NCBI RefSeq assembly: GCF_011045215.1
Contig: NZ_CP049201.1
Reading direction: 5' to 3' (one strand)
Length of the DNA stretch: 64,000 nt
From: Escherichia coli
GTDB taxonomy: Bacteria > Pseudomonadota > Gammaproteobacteria > Enterobacterales > Enterobacteriaceae
Shown: positions 48,775-61,609 of the stretch, one piece after another
Layout: every line of letters begins with the position of its first letter
How positions within the stretch are numbered: position 1 is the stretch's first letter
Translations under genes and position numbers: made by a program
The notes under the pieces: model-generated
What the model was told of the DNA's origin: nothing
Databases searched by the model: none
What the model saw: the letters and a program-made list of their open reading frames with translations, nothing else

Positions 48775-50550
48775 TTAACGCTTGTACAACGGCCCGTAGT
48801 TCTGGCAAGCGCGGTAATCTTGGCCTTCAATATCCATGCCGTGCGCAGCCCAGGCAGAAGGACGATACACTTTGGTCTCTTCTACGTTGTGCATACATAC
48901 CGGGATACGCAGCATGGAGGCGAGAGTGATAAAGTCTGCGCCAACGTGGCCGATGGTCAGAACCCCATGGTTAGCGCCCCAGTTCGCCATTACCGAGTAC
49001 ACATCCGTAAACGGCCCTTTACCGGTGAGGCGCGGTGCAAACCAGGTGGTTGGCCAGGTTGAGTTGGTGCGTTTGTTGAGGATGTCATGCACATCCTTCG
49101 GCAATTCCACGCTCCAGCCTTCCGCGATTTGCAGTACCGGTCCCAGGCCTTTGATGATGTTGACACGAGTCATGGTGAACGGGACGCCGCCTTCGGTAAG
49201 GAAGCGGGAAGAGTAACCGCCGCCACGGAAGTATTCGTGGATCGCCGGGCACCATTCGGTAGCGGCGAGGCAAGCGTCAGCCTCTTGCTGAGAGATTTCC
49301 CAGTGCGGCTTCATCGTCGGGTTACCTTCGCTGTCGCGTTGTTTACAGGAACCGTCCAGCGCAGCAGAACCTGAGTTGATCAAATGGATGATGCCGTGTT
49401 CTGCCAGTCCATCGAGTTTATGCCCCGTTACACGCTCAATTGCTTCTGGTGACCAGTAGGTACGCACATCGGCAAATACCTGAGCGGTGCCGGTGAGCTG
49501 GTGACCCATTAGCATTGCCACGCCGTTAAGACTGTCGTTTTCGGTCGCCACGACAAAGGGTTCGCGCACGCCATTCCAGTCAAATGAACTGTTAAGGATC
49601 GCTTCGGCGGTGTCGCCATTGGGATATTGATCGGTCCAGTGGCGTTGTCCCTGGAAGCCCGCAGCGATGGCGTTGTAGCCAAGTGATTCTTCCACGCGAC
49701 CAATATCGGCCAGTTTGCTGTTGCCTTGCATCATGTCGCGGATACACATCGCCATCAGTAAACTTTCGCGCAGAACTGCGCGGCTTTGCTCGGCATTACG
49801 TTGATACTGTTTGTTATTTTCATCTTCGCCATAGCGGAAGTTTTTATCAGCCCAGGCCAGTGCCATTTCCAGTTCGGCTTCGTCGTAAATCTTCTGATCG
49901 ATACGGCGACGCAGTTCGGTCATATCCACCGCCTGGACTTTCATTCCCAGCCAGGATTCAAAGAAGTTGTGATCAACAATGGAACCGGCGATACCCATCG
50001 AAACGCCGCCCAGCGACAGATAGCTTTTACCTTTCATACTGGCGACGGCCAAACCGGCGCGGGCAAAGCGCAGCAGTTTTTCTTCAACATCGGCAGGAAT
50101 CGATGTGTCATCGGCATCCTGAACGTCATGACCGTAAATGGAGAATGCCGGGATGCCTTTCTGGCTGTGAGCTGCCAGAGCCGCGGCCAGGTAAACAGCG
50201 CCGGGGCGTTCAGTGCCGTTAAAGCCCCAAATGGCTTTCGGGCGGGTTGGATCCATGTCGATGGTTTCACTGCCATAGCACCAGCAAGGCGTTACCGTAA
50301 TGGTGAGGCCTACATTCTGACTGCTAAATTTTTCTTCGCAAGCCGCGGCTTCAGCCATACCCGCGATACAGGTATCGGAAATGACACACTCGACGGCAGC
50401 TCCGCAGGCATGGCGCAGTTTCTCGGTCAGCAGTGCGGCCGTAGCTTTCGCCATATTCATTGTTTGTTCTTCAAGCGACTCACGAACACCCATGCGACGA
50501 CCGTCAATAACCGGGCGGATACCAATTTTCGGTAAGCTGATTTTTTTCAT
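48775..50550 (-). CDS. fucI: L-fucose isomerase
   Basis: 591-aa ORF. Confidence 0.96.
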   Translation of the reverse strand: MKKISLPKIGIRPVIDGRRMGVRESLEEQTMNMAKATAALLTEKLRHACGAAVECVISDTCIAGMAEAAACEEKFSSQNVGLTITVTPCWCYGSETIDMDPTRPKAIWGFNGTERPGAVYLAAALAAHSQKGIPAFSIYGHDVQDADDTSIPADVEEKLLRFARAGLAVASMKGKSYLSLGGVSMGIAGSIVDHNFFESWLGMKVQAVDMTELRRRIDQKIYDEAELEMALAWADKNFRYGEDENNKQYQRNAEQSRAVLRESLLMAMCIRDMMQGNSKLADIGRVEESLGYNAIAAGFQGQRHWTDQYPNGDTAEAILNSSFDWNGVREPFVVATENDSLNGVAMLMGHQLTGTAQVFADVRTYWSPEAIERVTGHKLDGLAEHGIIHLINSGSAALDGSCKQRDSEGNPTMKPHWEISQQEADACLAATEWCPAIHEYFRGGGYSSRFLTEGGVPFTMTRVNIIKGLGPVLQIAEGWSVELPKDVHDILNKRTNSTWPTTWFAPRLTGKGPFTDVYSVMANWGANHGVLTIGHVGADFITLASMLRIPVCMHNVEETKVYRPSAWAAHGMDIEGQDYRACQNYGPLYKR

Positions 50551-50582
50551 TACAGATTCCTCACTTTATTCGGAAAATATGT

Positions 50583-51899
50583 TCAGTTAGTTGCCGTTTG
50601 AGAACGGAAACGGGCAAAGATAAAGATGACCGCGAAGCAGAGTGCGGGGATCAGTTCAGCAGTGGGGATGTTGCCCGCCGCGTCACTGACAAAACCCATG
50701 ACCGGAGTGACAATACCGCCGCCAATGATGGTCATAACGATGAAGGACGAACCGTATTTGGTGTCCTGGCCGAGATTCTTAATGCCCAGCGAGAAGATTG
50801 TTGGGTACTGAATCGACATAAAGGCGCTGCATAAAGTCAGGGCTATTAAGCCCACATGACCGTCAGCGAAGGCTGAGATCAGGCACAGTGCCATAGCGAT
50901 TAATGCGTAGGCGGCCAGGACTTTGTGTGGTGCGAAGCGACTGATGAGCCAGGTACCGGTGAAACGACCAATAAAGAAGCACACCATGGTTCCGGTTAAA
51001 TAGTTAGCGGCAAAGCCTGCAGTCATACCTGGAATTTCTTCTACAGCGTAGCGAATCAAATAGCTCCAGCAGGCCGTTTGTGCGCCAACGTAGCAGAATT
51101 GCGCTAATACTGCCCAGCGCCAGTGGCGAATACGCGCCAGGCGAGAAAGCGATGCGGAGAACGATCCTTGTTTGGCGTCACTGTGATTATCACTCTGCAA
51201 TGCCGGGAATTTCGTCAGCATGATCAGCAGGGCGACCAGTAACACGATAGCCACGATGATCATATAAGGTGTCTGTACCGATAATACCAGGCTGTGTTTA
51301 TACGCACTCAATTGCTCTGGAGACATTTTATCGAGAACGTCTTGCGATTGATGTGGCACGTTAGACAAAATAAGACTTTGCCCAAAGACAACCGCGATAA
51401 TTGCGCCAAATGAGTTAAATGTTTGCGCAAGATTTAAGCGGAAGTGACCACTGCTTTCCGGCCCTAATACCGTAACAAAAGGGTTTGCGGCAGTTTCCAG
51501 ACAACCTAATCCGGCTGCAATAATAAATAGGCCAACTAAAAATAAGGTGTAGTTCATTATTTCTGCGGCGGGCCAGAATAATGCAGCACCCAAGGCATAT
51601 AAAAATAACCCGGTAATAATTCCTGCTTTATAACTGAGTTTTTTCATCAATATCCCAGCAGGGATTGGGATAATGAAATAACCAAAGTAAAAGGCCGATT
51701 GGATCAGGCCAGCCTGGAAATTTGTCAGTGTAAAAGCCTGCTGGAATTGAGGTAATAAAATGTCGTTAAGGTTATTGGCTACCGCCCAAAGAAAAAACAG
51801 TGAGCACAGCAGCGCGAATGGAATAATGTAACTTCTGCTTTGCCCTGCATCTTTATCTACCGCACGGTAACTCTGCGTTTGTATTGATGTGTTTCCCAT
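50583..51899 (-). CDS. fucP: L-fucose:H+ symporter (MFS)
   Basis: 438-aa membrane ORF. Confidence 0.95.
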   Translation of the reverse strand: MGNTSIQTQSYRAVDKDAGQSRSYIIPFALLCSLFFLWAVANNLNDILLPQFQQAFTLTNFQAGLIQSAFYFGYFIIPIPAGILMKKLSYKAGIITGLFLYALGAALFWPAAEIMNYTLFLVGLFIIAAGLGCLETAANPFVTVLGPESSGHFRLNLAQTFNSFGAIIAVVFGQSLILSNVPHQSQDVLDKMSPEQLSAYKHSLVLSVQTPYMIIVAIVLLVALLIMLTKFPALQSDNHSDAKQGSFSASLSRLARIRHWRWAVLAQFCYVGAQTACWSYLIRYAVEEIPGMTAGFAANYLTGTMVCFFIGRFTGTWLISRFAPHKVLAAYALIAMALCLISAFADGHVGLIALTLCSAFMSIQYPTIFSLGIKNLGQDTKYGSSFIVMTIIGGGIVTPVMGFVSDAAGNIPTAELIPALCFAVIFIFARFRSQTATN

Positions 51900-52087
51900 A
51901 GCATCCTCTTAGGTTCAGAAGCTTAAGCACGTAATCGGTTATGTTTTCAAAAGTGCAAAACCAGCGAGTTCGGGCTTCATATCAGTGAATATTTGCCTGT
52001 CTGAAATGAACTCATGGATTCATTTTCAAATAAAAAACGCTCTGTAATATGACGGCGGTCACACTTATTAGCTGGAAGGTGACTTTA

Positions 52088-52103
52088 TGTGACTACCATC
52101 ACT
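52088..52103. promoter_or_regulatory. CRP-like site in the fucP / fucA divergent control region
   Basis: TGTGACTACCATCACT resembles the CRP consensus TGTGA-N6-TCACA. Confidence 0.4.
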
Positions 52104-52445
52104 TTAATAATCGAAATTTCATGCCCGTTTCAGAAAATAAATCATAAAAAACACAAACCAGATGACCGTATTAATTGTTTATGCCGAAAACGGGCATTCC
52201 TGGCTTAGGTGAATAGAAAAATGACCGTTTTGATAAATATTTTTAAGAGCGGTCATTTTTAATGGGGTTATAAAAAGAGAACTTGCAGTTATTTACTGTG
52301 ATTAGTTGAACCAGGTCACAAAATATAAGCTTGTGAATTTCTTTCTGGTTAATCAGGAAGAAGATGGTGGGTAATTAAACGGCTAATTCAATAGTGTGAA
52401 AGGAACAACATTATTGCCCTGTTTTGAATCAGAGAGAGGTAGCTA

Positions 52446-53093
52446 ATGGAACGAAATAAACTTGCTCGTCAGATTATTGACACTTGCCTGGAAATGACCC
52501 GCCTGGGACTGAACCAGGGGACAGCGGGGAACGTCAGTGTACGTTATCAGGATGGGATGCTGATTACGCCTACAGGCATTCCATATGAAAAACTGACGGA
52601 GTCGCATATTGTCTTTATTAATGGCAACGGTAAACATGAGGAAGGAAAGCTCCCCTCAAGCGAATGGCGTTTCCATATGGCGGCCTATCAAAGCAGACCG
52701 GATGCCAACGCGGTTGTTCACAATCATGCCGTTCATTGCACAGCAGTTTCCATTCTTAACCGACCGATCCCCGCTATTCACTACATGATTGCGGCGGCTG
52801 GCGGTAATTCTATTCCTTGCGCGCCTTATGCGACCTTTGGAACACGCGAACTTTCTGAACATGTTGCGCTGGCTCTCAAAAATCGTAAGGCAACTTTGTT
52901 ACAACATCATGGGCTTATCGCTTGTGAGGTGAATCTGGAAAAAGCGTTATGGCTGGCGCATGAAGTTGAAGTGCTGGCGCAACTTTACCTGACGACCCTG
53001 GCGATTACGGACCCGGTGCCAGTGCTGAGCGATGAAGAGATTGCCGTAGTGCTGGAGAAATTCAAAACCTATGGGTTACGGATTGAAGAGTAA
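52446..53093 (+). CDS. fucA: L-fuculose-1-phosphate aldolase
   Basis: 215-aa ORF. Confidence 0.96.
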   Translation: MERNKLARQIIDTCLEMTRLGLNQGTAGNVSVRYQDGMLITPTGIPYEKLTESHIVFINGNGKHEEGKLPSSEWRFHMAAYQSRPDANAVVHNHAVHCTAVSILNRPIPAIHYMIAAAGGNSIPCAPYATFGTRELSEHVALALKNRKATLLQHHGLIACEVNLEKALWLAHEVEVLAQLYLTTLAITDPVPVLSDEEIAVVLEKFKTYGLRIEE

Positions 53094-53120
53094 TTTCGTA
53101 AAGCAACAAGGAGAAGGATG

Positions 53121-54269
53121 ATGGCTAACAGAATGATTCTGAACGAAACGGCATGGTTTGGTCGGGGTGCTGTTGGGGCTTTAACCGATGAGGTGAAACG
53201 TCGTGGTTATCAGAAGGCGCTGATCGTCACCGATAAAACGCTGGTGCAATGCGGCGTGGTGGCGAAAGTGACCGATAAGATGGATGCTGCAGGGCTGGCA
53301 TGGGCGATTTATGACGGCGTAGTACCCAACCCAACAATTACTGTCGTCAAAGAAGGGCTCGGTGTATTCCAGAATAGCGGCGCGGATTACCTGATCGCTA
53401 TTGGTGGTGGTTCTCCACAGGATACTTGTAAAGCGATTGGCATTATCAGCAACAACCCGGAGTTTGCCGATGTGCGTAGCCTGGAAGGACTTTCCCCGAC
53501 CAATAAACCCAGTGTACCGATTCTGGCAATCCCCACCACAGCAGGCACTGCGGCAGAAGTGACCATTAACTACGTGATCACTGACGAAGAAAAACGGCGC
53601 AAGTTTGTTTGCGTTGATCCGCATGATATCCCGCAGGTGGCGTTTATTGACGCTGACATGATGGATGGTATGCCTCCAGCGCTGAAAGCTGCGACGGGTG
53701 TCGATGCGCTCACTCATGCTATTGAGGGGTATATTACCCGTGGCGCGTGGGCGCTAACTGATGCGCTGCACATTAAAGCGATTGAAATCATTGCTGGGGC
53801 GCTGCGAGGATCGGTTGCTGGTGATAAGGATGCCGGAGAAGAAATGGCGCTCGGGCAGTATGTTGCGGGTATGGGCTTCTCGAATGTTGGGTTAGGGTTG
53901 GTGCATGGTATGGCGCATCCACTGGGCGCGTTTTATAACACTCCACACGGTGTTGCAAACGCCATCCTACTACCGCATGTCATGCGCTATAACGCTGACT
54001 TTACCGGTGAGAAGTACCGCGATATCGCGCGCGTTATGGGCGTGAAAGTGGAAGGTATGAGCCTGGAAGAGGCGCGTAATGCCGCTGTTGAAGCGGTGTT
54101 TGCTCTCAACCGTGATGTCGGTATTCCGCCACATTTGCGTGATGTTGGTGTACGCAAGGAAGACATTCCGGCACTGGCTCAGGCGGCACTGGATGATGTT
54201 TGTACCGGTGGCAACCCGCGTGAAGCAACGCTTGAGGATATTGTAGAGCTTTACCATACCGCCTGGTAA
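53121..54269 (+). CDS. fucO: L-1,2-propanediol oxidoreductase (lactaldehyde reductase)
   Basis: ORF trimmed to MANRMILNETAWFGRGAV (382 aa); iron-containing alcohol dehydrogenase. Confidence 0.95.
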   Translation: MANRMILNETAWFGRGAVGALTDEVKRRGYQKALIVTDKTLVQCGVVAKVTDKMDAAGLAWAIYDGVVPNPTITVVKEGLGVFQNSGADYLIAIGGGSPQDTCKAIGIISNNPEFADVRSLEGLSPTNKPSVPILAIPTTAGTAAEVTINYVITDEEKRRKFVCVDPHDIPQVAFIDADMMDGMPPALKAATGVDALTHAIEGYITRGAWALTDALHIKAIEIIAGALRGSVAGDKDAGEEMALGQYVAGMGFSNVGLGLVHGMAHPLGAFYNTPHGVANAILLPHVMRYNADFTGEKYRDIARVMGVKVEGMSLEEARNAAVEAVFALNRDVGIPPHLRDVGVRKEDIPALAQAALDDVCTGGNPREATLEDIVELYHTAW

Positions 54270-54287
54270 ATGCGCTGATGTGATAAT

Positions 54288-54317
54288 GCCGGATGCGACG
54301 TTTGCGGCGTATCCGGC
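54288..54317. repeat. REP element between fucO and xni
   Basis: GCCGGATGCGACGTTTGCGGCGTATCCGGC palindromic unit. Confidence 0.7.
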
Positions 54318-54323
54318 ACGCCG

Positions 54324-55190
<867 letters not shown>

Positions 55191-56558
55191 TTAATCGCAG
55201 GCAACGATCTTCATTGCCAGGCCGCCGCGAGAGGTTTCGCGGTACTTGGCGTTCATATCTTTACCTGTTTCGTACATGGTTTCGATAACTTTATCGAGGC
55301 AGACGCGCGGCTCGCTGGTACGGCGCAGCGCCATACGTGCGGCGTTCACCGCTTTTACTGCCGCAATGGCGTTACGCTCGATGCATGGCACCTGGACCTG
55401 TCCGGCGACCGGGTCACACGTCAGACCGAGGTTGTGCTCCATGGCGATTTCCGCCGCGATGCACACCTGCGCCGGGCTTGCGCCTAATAGTTCTGCCAGA
55501 CCAGCCGCCGCCATTGAGCACGCCACGCCAACTTCACCCTGGCAACCCACTTCAGCACCAGAAATCGACGCGTTCATCTTATAAAGAGAACCAATGGCGC
55601 TGGCTACCAGCAGGTAACGAGCCAGTGAGTTAGCGTTCACTTCGCGGATAAACTTATCGTAGTACGCCAGCACAGCCGGGATAATCCCGCACGCACCGTT
55701 AGTCGGCGCAGTCACCACGCGACCGCCAGCGGCGTTCTCTTCGTTCACTGCCAGTGCAAACATGTTGATCCAGTCAACAACCGCCATCGGGTCAGTGGTG
55801 GTTTTATCCTGGCTGACCAGCATCCGGCGTAGTGCCGCAGCACGGCGTGGTACGCGCAGTTTGCCAGGCAACACGCCTTCGGTAGAAATACCGCGCTCAA
55901 TACCGCCGCGCATGACTTCCCAGACGTTCGCCAGGTGCTGTTCCAGCTCTTCTTTGCTGTGCAGCGCCAGCTCGTTTTTCATCATCAGGCCAGAGAGTGA
56001 CAGCCCGGTTTCCTGACAATGTTTTTGCAGATCAGCTGCTGAACTGTACGGATAAGGAACTTCAACCGGTGCGCTATCCTGCTGGCCAAAATGCTCTTCA
56101 TCAACGATAAAGCCACCGCCAATAGAGTAGTAAGTCTGACTGTAAACGACTTTATCACCCGCCAGCGCGGTAATGCGCATACCGTTTTCATGCAGAGAAA
56201 GGTTGTCGGCATGGAAGTTCATGCACTGATCAACCGGGAACTCCACTTCATGCTGACCGTTTGCCAGCATCAGGCGACCATGAGTATTCACATCCTGAAT
56301 AAAACCAGGGATGGAATCGATATCCACGGTATCCGGCAGGTTACCCGCCAGGCCCATAATAATGGCGATATCAGTGTGGTGGCCTTTACCAGTCAGAGAG
56401 AGCGAGCCGTACACGTCAACCACCACGCGGGTCACGTCTTTAAGCAGGTTACGGGCAATCAGATCGTCGGTAAATTGTTTACCCGCTTTCATTGGTCCAA
56501 CGGTATGAGAACTGGAAGGGCCAATGCCGATTTTGAAAATATCGAATACGCTAATCAT
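55191..56558 (-). CDS. sdaB: L-serine dehydratase 2
   Basis: 455-aa ORF, N-terminus MISVFDIFKIGIGPSSSHTVGPM. Confidence 0.96.
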   Translation of the reverse strand: MISVFDIFKIGIGPSSSHTVGPMKAGKQFTDDLIARNLLKDVTRVVVDVYGSLSLTGKGHHTDIAIIMGLAGNLPDTVDIDSIPGFIQDVNTHGRLMLANGQHEVEFPVDQCMNFHADNLSLHENGMRITALAGDKVVYSQTYYSIGGGFIVDEEHFGQQDSAPVEVPYPYSSAADLQKHCQETGLSLSGLMMKNELALHSKEELEQHLANVWEVMRGGIERGISTEGVLPGKLRVPRRAAALRRMLVSQDKTTTDPMAVVDWINMFALAVNEENAAGGRVVTAPTNGACGIIPAVLAYYDKFIREVNANSLARYLLVASAIGSLYKMNASISGAEVGCQGEVGVACSMAAAGLAELLGASPAQVCIAAEIAMEHNLGLTCDPVAGQVQVPCIERNAIAAVKAVNAARMALRRTSEPRVCLDKVIETMYETGKDMNAKYRETSRGGLAMKIVACD

Positions 56559-56615
56559 AGGAAATACATCGCGTTAAAACGGAGGAAGCGCCGCCCGAAA
56601 GCGGCGCGAAAGGAC

Positions 56616-57905
56616 TTAGCTGAACAGAGAGTAGAAGATTGCGGAGATTGCAATCAGACCCATCACGACAACGAATACGTTGCTGATGTGACCGCTGTAC
56701 TTACGCATTGCCGGTACTTTCTGAATTGCGTACATCGGCATCAGGAACAGGATCATCGCGATGATTGGGCCGCCCAGGGTTTCAATCATACCCAGGATGC
56801 TCGGGTTCAGGGTGGCAACAATCCAGGTCGTTACCAGCATGAACAGCGCAGTGATACGGTTCAGCTTGTTGATTTCGATAGACTTACCTTTACCACGCAG
56901 AGATTTAATCACCATACCGTTGAAGCCTTCACGTGCGCCCAGGTAGTGGCCGAGGAAGGATTTGGTGATAGCGATAATCGCGATAATCGGAGCCATCCAC
57001 GCGATAACCGGTGCGTTAAAGTGGTTAGCCAGGTAAGACAGAATCGAGATGTTCTGCTCTTTAGCCGCCGCCAGGTCTGCCGGAGTCAGGCTCAGTACGC
57101 AGCTGAAGACGAAGAACATTACGGTCAGCACCATCATGATGTGTGCGAATGCCAGGATCTTCGAGCATTTCTGTTCTGCCATATCGCCGTACTCTTCACG
57201 CTTCGCAACGGCGAAAGAAGAGATGATCGGAGAGTGGTTGAACGAGAACACCATTACCGGAATTGCCAGCCACAGGGTCATCCACAGACCGTTTCCGGTT
57301 GCAGATGCAGTGTCCAGAGACAGCGTTTCCAGTGCTGCGCCGTTCCACTGCGGGATCAGGTACAGAGCCAGCAGCATCAGTACGCCAACAAACGGGAATA
57401 CCAGAATACTCATCGCTTTAACGATCATCTGTTCACCAAAGCGAACGATGGTCATCATACCCACGATCAGGATCAGCGACAGAATCGCACGCGGCGGTGG
57501 TGTCATACCCAGCTGGTGAGACATGAAGCTTTCAACTGTATTGGTGATTGCCACGCTATAAACCAGCAGGATCGGGTAGATAGCGAAGAAGTAGAGCAGG
57601 GTAATCAGTTTACCTGCGCCAATACCAAAGTGTTCTTCTACAACCTCGGTGATGTCTTCGCCCGGGTTTTTACCAGACAGTACGAAGCGAGTCAGGCCGC
57701 GGTGAGCAAAAAACGTCATCGGGAACGCAAGGATAGCCATGATGATCAGCGGGATCATACCGCCAACACCGGCGTTGATTGGCAGGAACAGCACGCCCGC
57801 GCCGATTGCCGTGCCGTAAAGGCCCAGCATCCACATGGTGTCTGTCTTGCGCCAGGCACTACGAGAGTCTTTCGACGCAATCGTGCTGGTTTGAGTCGTT
57901 TCCAT
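56616..57905 (-). CDS. sdaC: serine:H+ symporter
   Basis: 429-aa membrane ORF upstream of sdaB. Confidence 0.96.
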   Translation of the reverse strand: METTQTSTIASKDSRSAWRKTDTMWMLGLYGTAIGAGVLFLPINAGVGGMIPLIIMAILAFPMTFFAHRGLTRFVLSGKNPGEDITEVVEEHFGIGAGKLITLLYFFAIYPILLVYSVAITNTVESFMSHQLGMTPPPRAILSLILIVGMMTIVRFGEQMIVKAMSILVFPFVGVLMLLALYLIPQWNGAALETLSLDTASATGNGLWMTLWLAIPVMVFSFNHSPIISSFAVAKREEYGDMAEQKCSKILAFAHIMMVLTVMFFVFSCVLSLTPADLAAAKEQNISILSYLANHFNAPVIAWMAPIIAIIAITKSFLGHYLGAREGFNGMVIKSLRGKGKSIEINKLNRITALFMLVTTWIVATLNPSILGMIETLGGPIIAMILFLMPMYAIQKVPAMRKYSGHISNVFVVVMGLIAISAIFYSLFS

Positions 57906-58461
57906 CTATTTCTCCTGGAGGAATGCAAATAATTCAGCTTTTAGCCAGTTCAGCCCGGGAAGGTGCCTGACCGTAAAAATGAAATCTGTCTATCGGCGAT
58001 GGCTTAATCATTTACCGCCGTAATAATTTGAGGGCGGAAAGATACACACAAGTTATGTATCTATCAGTGATCTTGATCCCAAATACAATAATCTACTTGT
58101 AAGATAGATTATCCCAACGCTTTACTCTGTAAATCAAAAGTAAAAGAGAATTTAAGGGCAATATTTGCCCATTAAACGACATCTGACTTCTTCCGGGGCG
58201 CGCAATATATGTAGGTTGAACTAAAAAAATCAATACTTTTAGTTAATCATGGCGATAATTTCTTTTTCATAGCGATAAAATACGGTTTATGAAAATAGGG
58301 AAACGTTTGCGTTGCAACATAAATTGTATGACATATTAACTGTGATGATATTTGTCGCGTGAGGGTGATAAGAAACATTCATATAACAAATGAAATGAGT
58401 TGATGAGTAAGTGACCAAAAACGAGAAAACCCGGCAACAAACGTCACCGGGGGAGCGGAGA

Positions 58462-59826
58462 TTACGTGCAGATTTCGTAGCAAGGGATGTAGGCTGAGCC
58501 TGGCAACTTCATACGATGCTGGGCAACAAAACCCTGTAGCAGGTCGTCCATACGACGCATAATCTCTTTATCGCCGTTGATTTTGTAAGGACCAAACTCT
58601 TCAATGGCGCGAATACCGACTTCTTTTACGTTACCCGCCACAATACCGGAGAACGCACGGCGCAGGTCGGCAGCCAGCACTTCAACGGGTTGATCCGGGT
58701 AAAGCTTCAGATTAGCCATATTCTCGTGAGACGGCTCAAACGGCATTTGCAAATCTGGCGCAATGCGCATTGACCAGTTAAAGCTGTAAGCGTCACCGGT
58801 GTCGCGGCGATTTTCTTTCACCAGCGGCATCGATTTTTTCATCTGACGAGCGACTTCAGCGGCGTCATCAATGATGATGCGGTAATGGCGGCGCGCGTTT
58901 TCGCCCAGCGTATGTACGACAAACTCGTCCAGTACGCGGAAGTAGTCGGCGCTCTCTTTCGGGCCGGTGAGGATCAATGGTAAAACCTGATCTTTGTTGG
59001 CCGGGTTCATTAAAATTCCCAGCAAATACAGCAACTCTTCTGCCGTACCCACACCGCCAGGGAAGATAATGATGCCGTGAGCGATACGGACAAACGCTTC
59101 CAGACGTTTTTCGATATCCGGCATGATGATCAATTCGTTGACCAGCGGGTTAGGCGGTTCAGCGGCGATAATCGACGGCTCTGTCATACCAATAAAACGA
59201 CTGTCTTTGTAACGCTGCTGCGCGTGTCCGACCGCAGCACCTTTCATCGGCGCTTCCATCGCTCCCGGACCACAGCCGGTGCAGATATTCAGCTCACGCA
59301 GGCCCAGCTGGTTTCCGACGCGACGGGCATACAAATACTCATTTTCGTTAATTGAGTGACCGCCCCAGCAGACCACCATATTTGGCGCTTCACCCACATG
59401 CAGCGCGCGAGCGTTACGCAAGATGGAAAAGACCAGGTTAGTGATGTGGACGGAGTTGTCGAGATTCAGGTTGGGAAAACGAACGGTATTATGGATTTGC
59501 CCGTAAACGAAGAGAATGTCTCGCAGAACCGCGAACAAGTTGGCCTGCAAAGCGCGAATAATTCGCCCATCGACAAAAGCCTCTTCCGGGGGATTAATCA
59601 GTTCCAGCTTTACGCCGCGTTCACGGCGCAAGACGTTAATATCGAAATTTTCAAAACGAGACAGCAATTCTTTGCTGTTATCGGTCAAACTACCGGAGTT
59701 CAGTACGGCAAGTGAACAGTTGCGAAACAGTTGATAGAGGTCGCTGCTGGCGGTGCGTTTAAGCATATCCACTTCCAGCTGCGACAACATATCCATGGAG
59801 CCAAGCGGGCTAATATGTGTAATCAA
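58462..59826 (-). CDS. ppnN: pyrimidine/purine nucleotide 5'-monophosphate nucleosidase (LOG-like)
   Basis: 454-aa ORF; length and synteny match PpnN (YgdH). Confidence 0.9.
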
Positions 59827-59937
59827 GAAAAACTCCTTATGGGACGAATATCGTCATTCCCTTTGATTACAATAGCCCTGCCTGATGACCTTTCACAACC
59901 TTCTGCGTGAATCCAGCACGCAAAATTGAGAAAAAAT

Positions 59938-60786
59938 TTATTGCCGAACCAGTCTTGTGGTCGATGGGACAAAATCGCTATTACTGCGCCACGGGTTAAT
60001 ATCCAGACCGCCACGACGGGTATAACGTGCGTAAACGCTCAATTTCTCTGGCTGGCAGAAGCGTAACAGGTCATTAAAGATGCGTTCCACGCACTGTTCG
60101 TGGAACTCGTTGTGATGGCGGAAAGAGACCAGGTAACGCAGCAGTTTTTCTCTGTCAATTTGGCGTCCACGATACTGAATTTGGATCGAACCCCAATCTG
60201 GTTGATGGGTGATCAGGCAGTTTGATTTCAGCAGGTGGCTGACAAGCGTCTCTTCCACTACTTTTTCACCACTGGTGGCATTCTCCAGATAGTCAGTAGT
60301 GAATTCATAGTTATCGATAGCGATATCCTGGTCATCAATGCAAGTGCCATTGAAATGACCTATCGGCTGGCCTTCCAGTTCATCAAGACGATATAACGCC
60401 ACGCTAACCTTACCCTGAGCGCAAGTGCTTAAGTCGCGCTCCAGCGTCTGGCGCACCTCATCCCAGTTATTAAAACGCGTCTGGTTAAAACTGTTGAGAT
60501 AGAGCTTAAAACTCTTCGACTCAATCAGATTTACGCTGGTGTAATCAAGTTCAACATGACCGACAGCGACCTGCGGCAAACCTTTCGCATTCAGCCAGGA
60601 AAGTTCATACAGCGTCCAGATATCCGTACCTTGAAAAGGCAGGTTATCCGCTTTCAGACCCAGCGGGTCGCGATTCAGGCTGCGTGGAACGCCTTGCAGT
60701 AGGCTGGCGTCATAGGTATCCCGGTAATCGGTTGATTTTCCAAGAGTCAGGCCCGCAAGTGCCTGATGGTTTGCATAAGAAGACAT
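59938..60786 (-). CDS. queF: NADPH-dependent 7-cyano-7-deazaguanine reductase
   Basis: 282-aa ORF. Confidence 0.93.
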   Translation of the reverse strand: MSSYANHQALAGLTLGKSTDYRDTYDASLLQGVPRSLNRDPLGLKADNLPFQGTDIWTLYELSWLNAKGLPQVAVGHVELDYTSVNLIESKSFKLYLNSFNQTRFNNWDEVRQTLERDLSTCAQGKVSVALYRLDELEGQPIGHFNGTCIDDQDIAIDNYEFTTDYLENATSGEKVVEETLVSHLLKSNCLITHQPDWGSIQIQYRGRQIDREKLLRYLVSFRHHNEFHEQCVERIFNDLLRFCQPEKLSVYARYTRRGGLDINPWRSNSDFVPSTTRLVRQ

Positions 60787-60853
60787 GTTTCACCGTCATA
60801 AACCAGATAAACTAAACGACAAGTGTATCTGGTTTAAGTGAAGAGAGAAATTA

Positions 60854-61399
60854 GTGGACGATTTGACCGCACAAGCCCTGAAAGATTTTACTGCACGCTA
60901 CTGCGATGCGTGGCATGAAGAGCATAAAAGCTGGCCGTTAAGTGAGGAACTGTACGGCGTTCCTTCACCGTGCATTATTTCAACTACTGAAGATGCCGTA
61001 TACTGGCAACCCCAGCCGTTTACCGGGGAACAAAATGTAAACGCGGTTGAACGCGCTTTTGATATTGTGATACAACCCACAATTCATACCTTTTATACGA
61101 CTCAGTTTGCCGGGGATATGCACGCGCAGTTTGGCGATATCAAACTGACATTGCTGCAAACCTGGAGTGAAGACGACTTCCGTCGGGTGCAGGAAAATCT
61201 GATTGGTCATCTGGTGACTCAGAAAAGGCTAAAACTGCCACCCACGCTATTTATCGCGACGCAGGAAGAAGAGTTAGAGGTCATCTCGGTGTGTAATCTC
61301 TCCGGTGAAGTGTGCAAAGAGACGCTGGGAACACGTAAACGGACGCATTTAGCCTCAAATCTTGCGGAATTCCTTAATCAACTTAAGCCTCTTCTGTAA
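60854..61399 (+). CDS. syd: SecY-interacting protein Syd
   Basis: 181-aa ORF with GTG start. Confidence 0.9.
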   Translation: MDDLTAQALKDFTARYCDAWHEEHKSWPLSEELYGVPSPCIISTTEDAVYWQPQPFTGEQNVNAVERAFDIVIQPTIHTFYTTQFAGDMHAQFGDIKLTLLQTWSEDDFRRVQENLIGHLVTQKRLKLPPTLFIATQEEELEVISVCNLSGEVCKETLGTRKRTHLASNLAEFLNQLKPLL

Positions 61400-61418
61400 T
61401 CCAAATACCCCATCTGGT

Positions 61419-61436
61419 TGTGAGAGATCTCTTACA
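61419..61436. promoter_or_regulatory. UvrY (SirA) response-regulator box upstream of csrB
   Basis: 18-bp near-perfect palindrome TGTGAGAGATCTCTTACA about 175 bp upstream of the csrB 5' end. Confidence 0.6.
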
Positions 61437-61609
61437 GACTCTGTAGGAGATCGCCAGGAAATAAGCGAATACTTAAAAAGATAAGAATCGTTATTTTCAT
61501 TTAAAAACAACATGTTGCTTGTTAATTCCTAACTTTCATATGAAATTTTCCTTAAGGCATTGTCTGTAAGCGCCTTGTAAGACTTCGCGAAAAAGACGAT
61601 TCTATCTTC

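Noticed and set aside
56091-57932. 613-aa ORF on the plus strand spanning sdaB and sdaC
   Set aside because: It is antisense to two well-supported genes, has low-complexity His/Arg/Gln-rich composition and no recognisable domain; a typical GC-rich antisense artefact.
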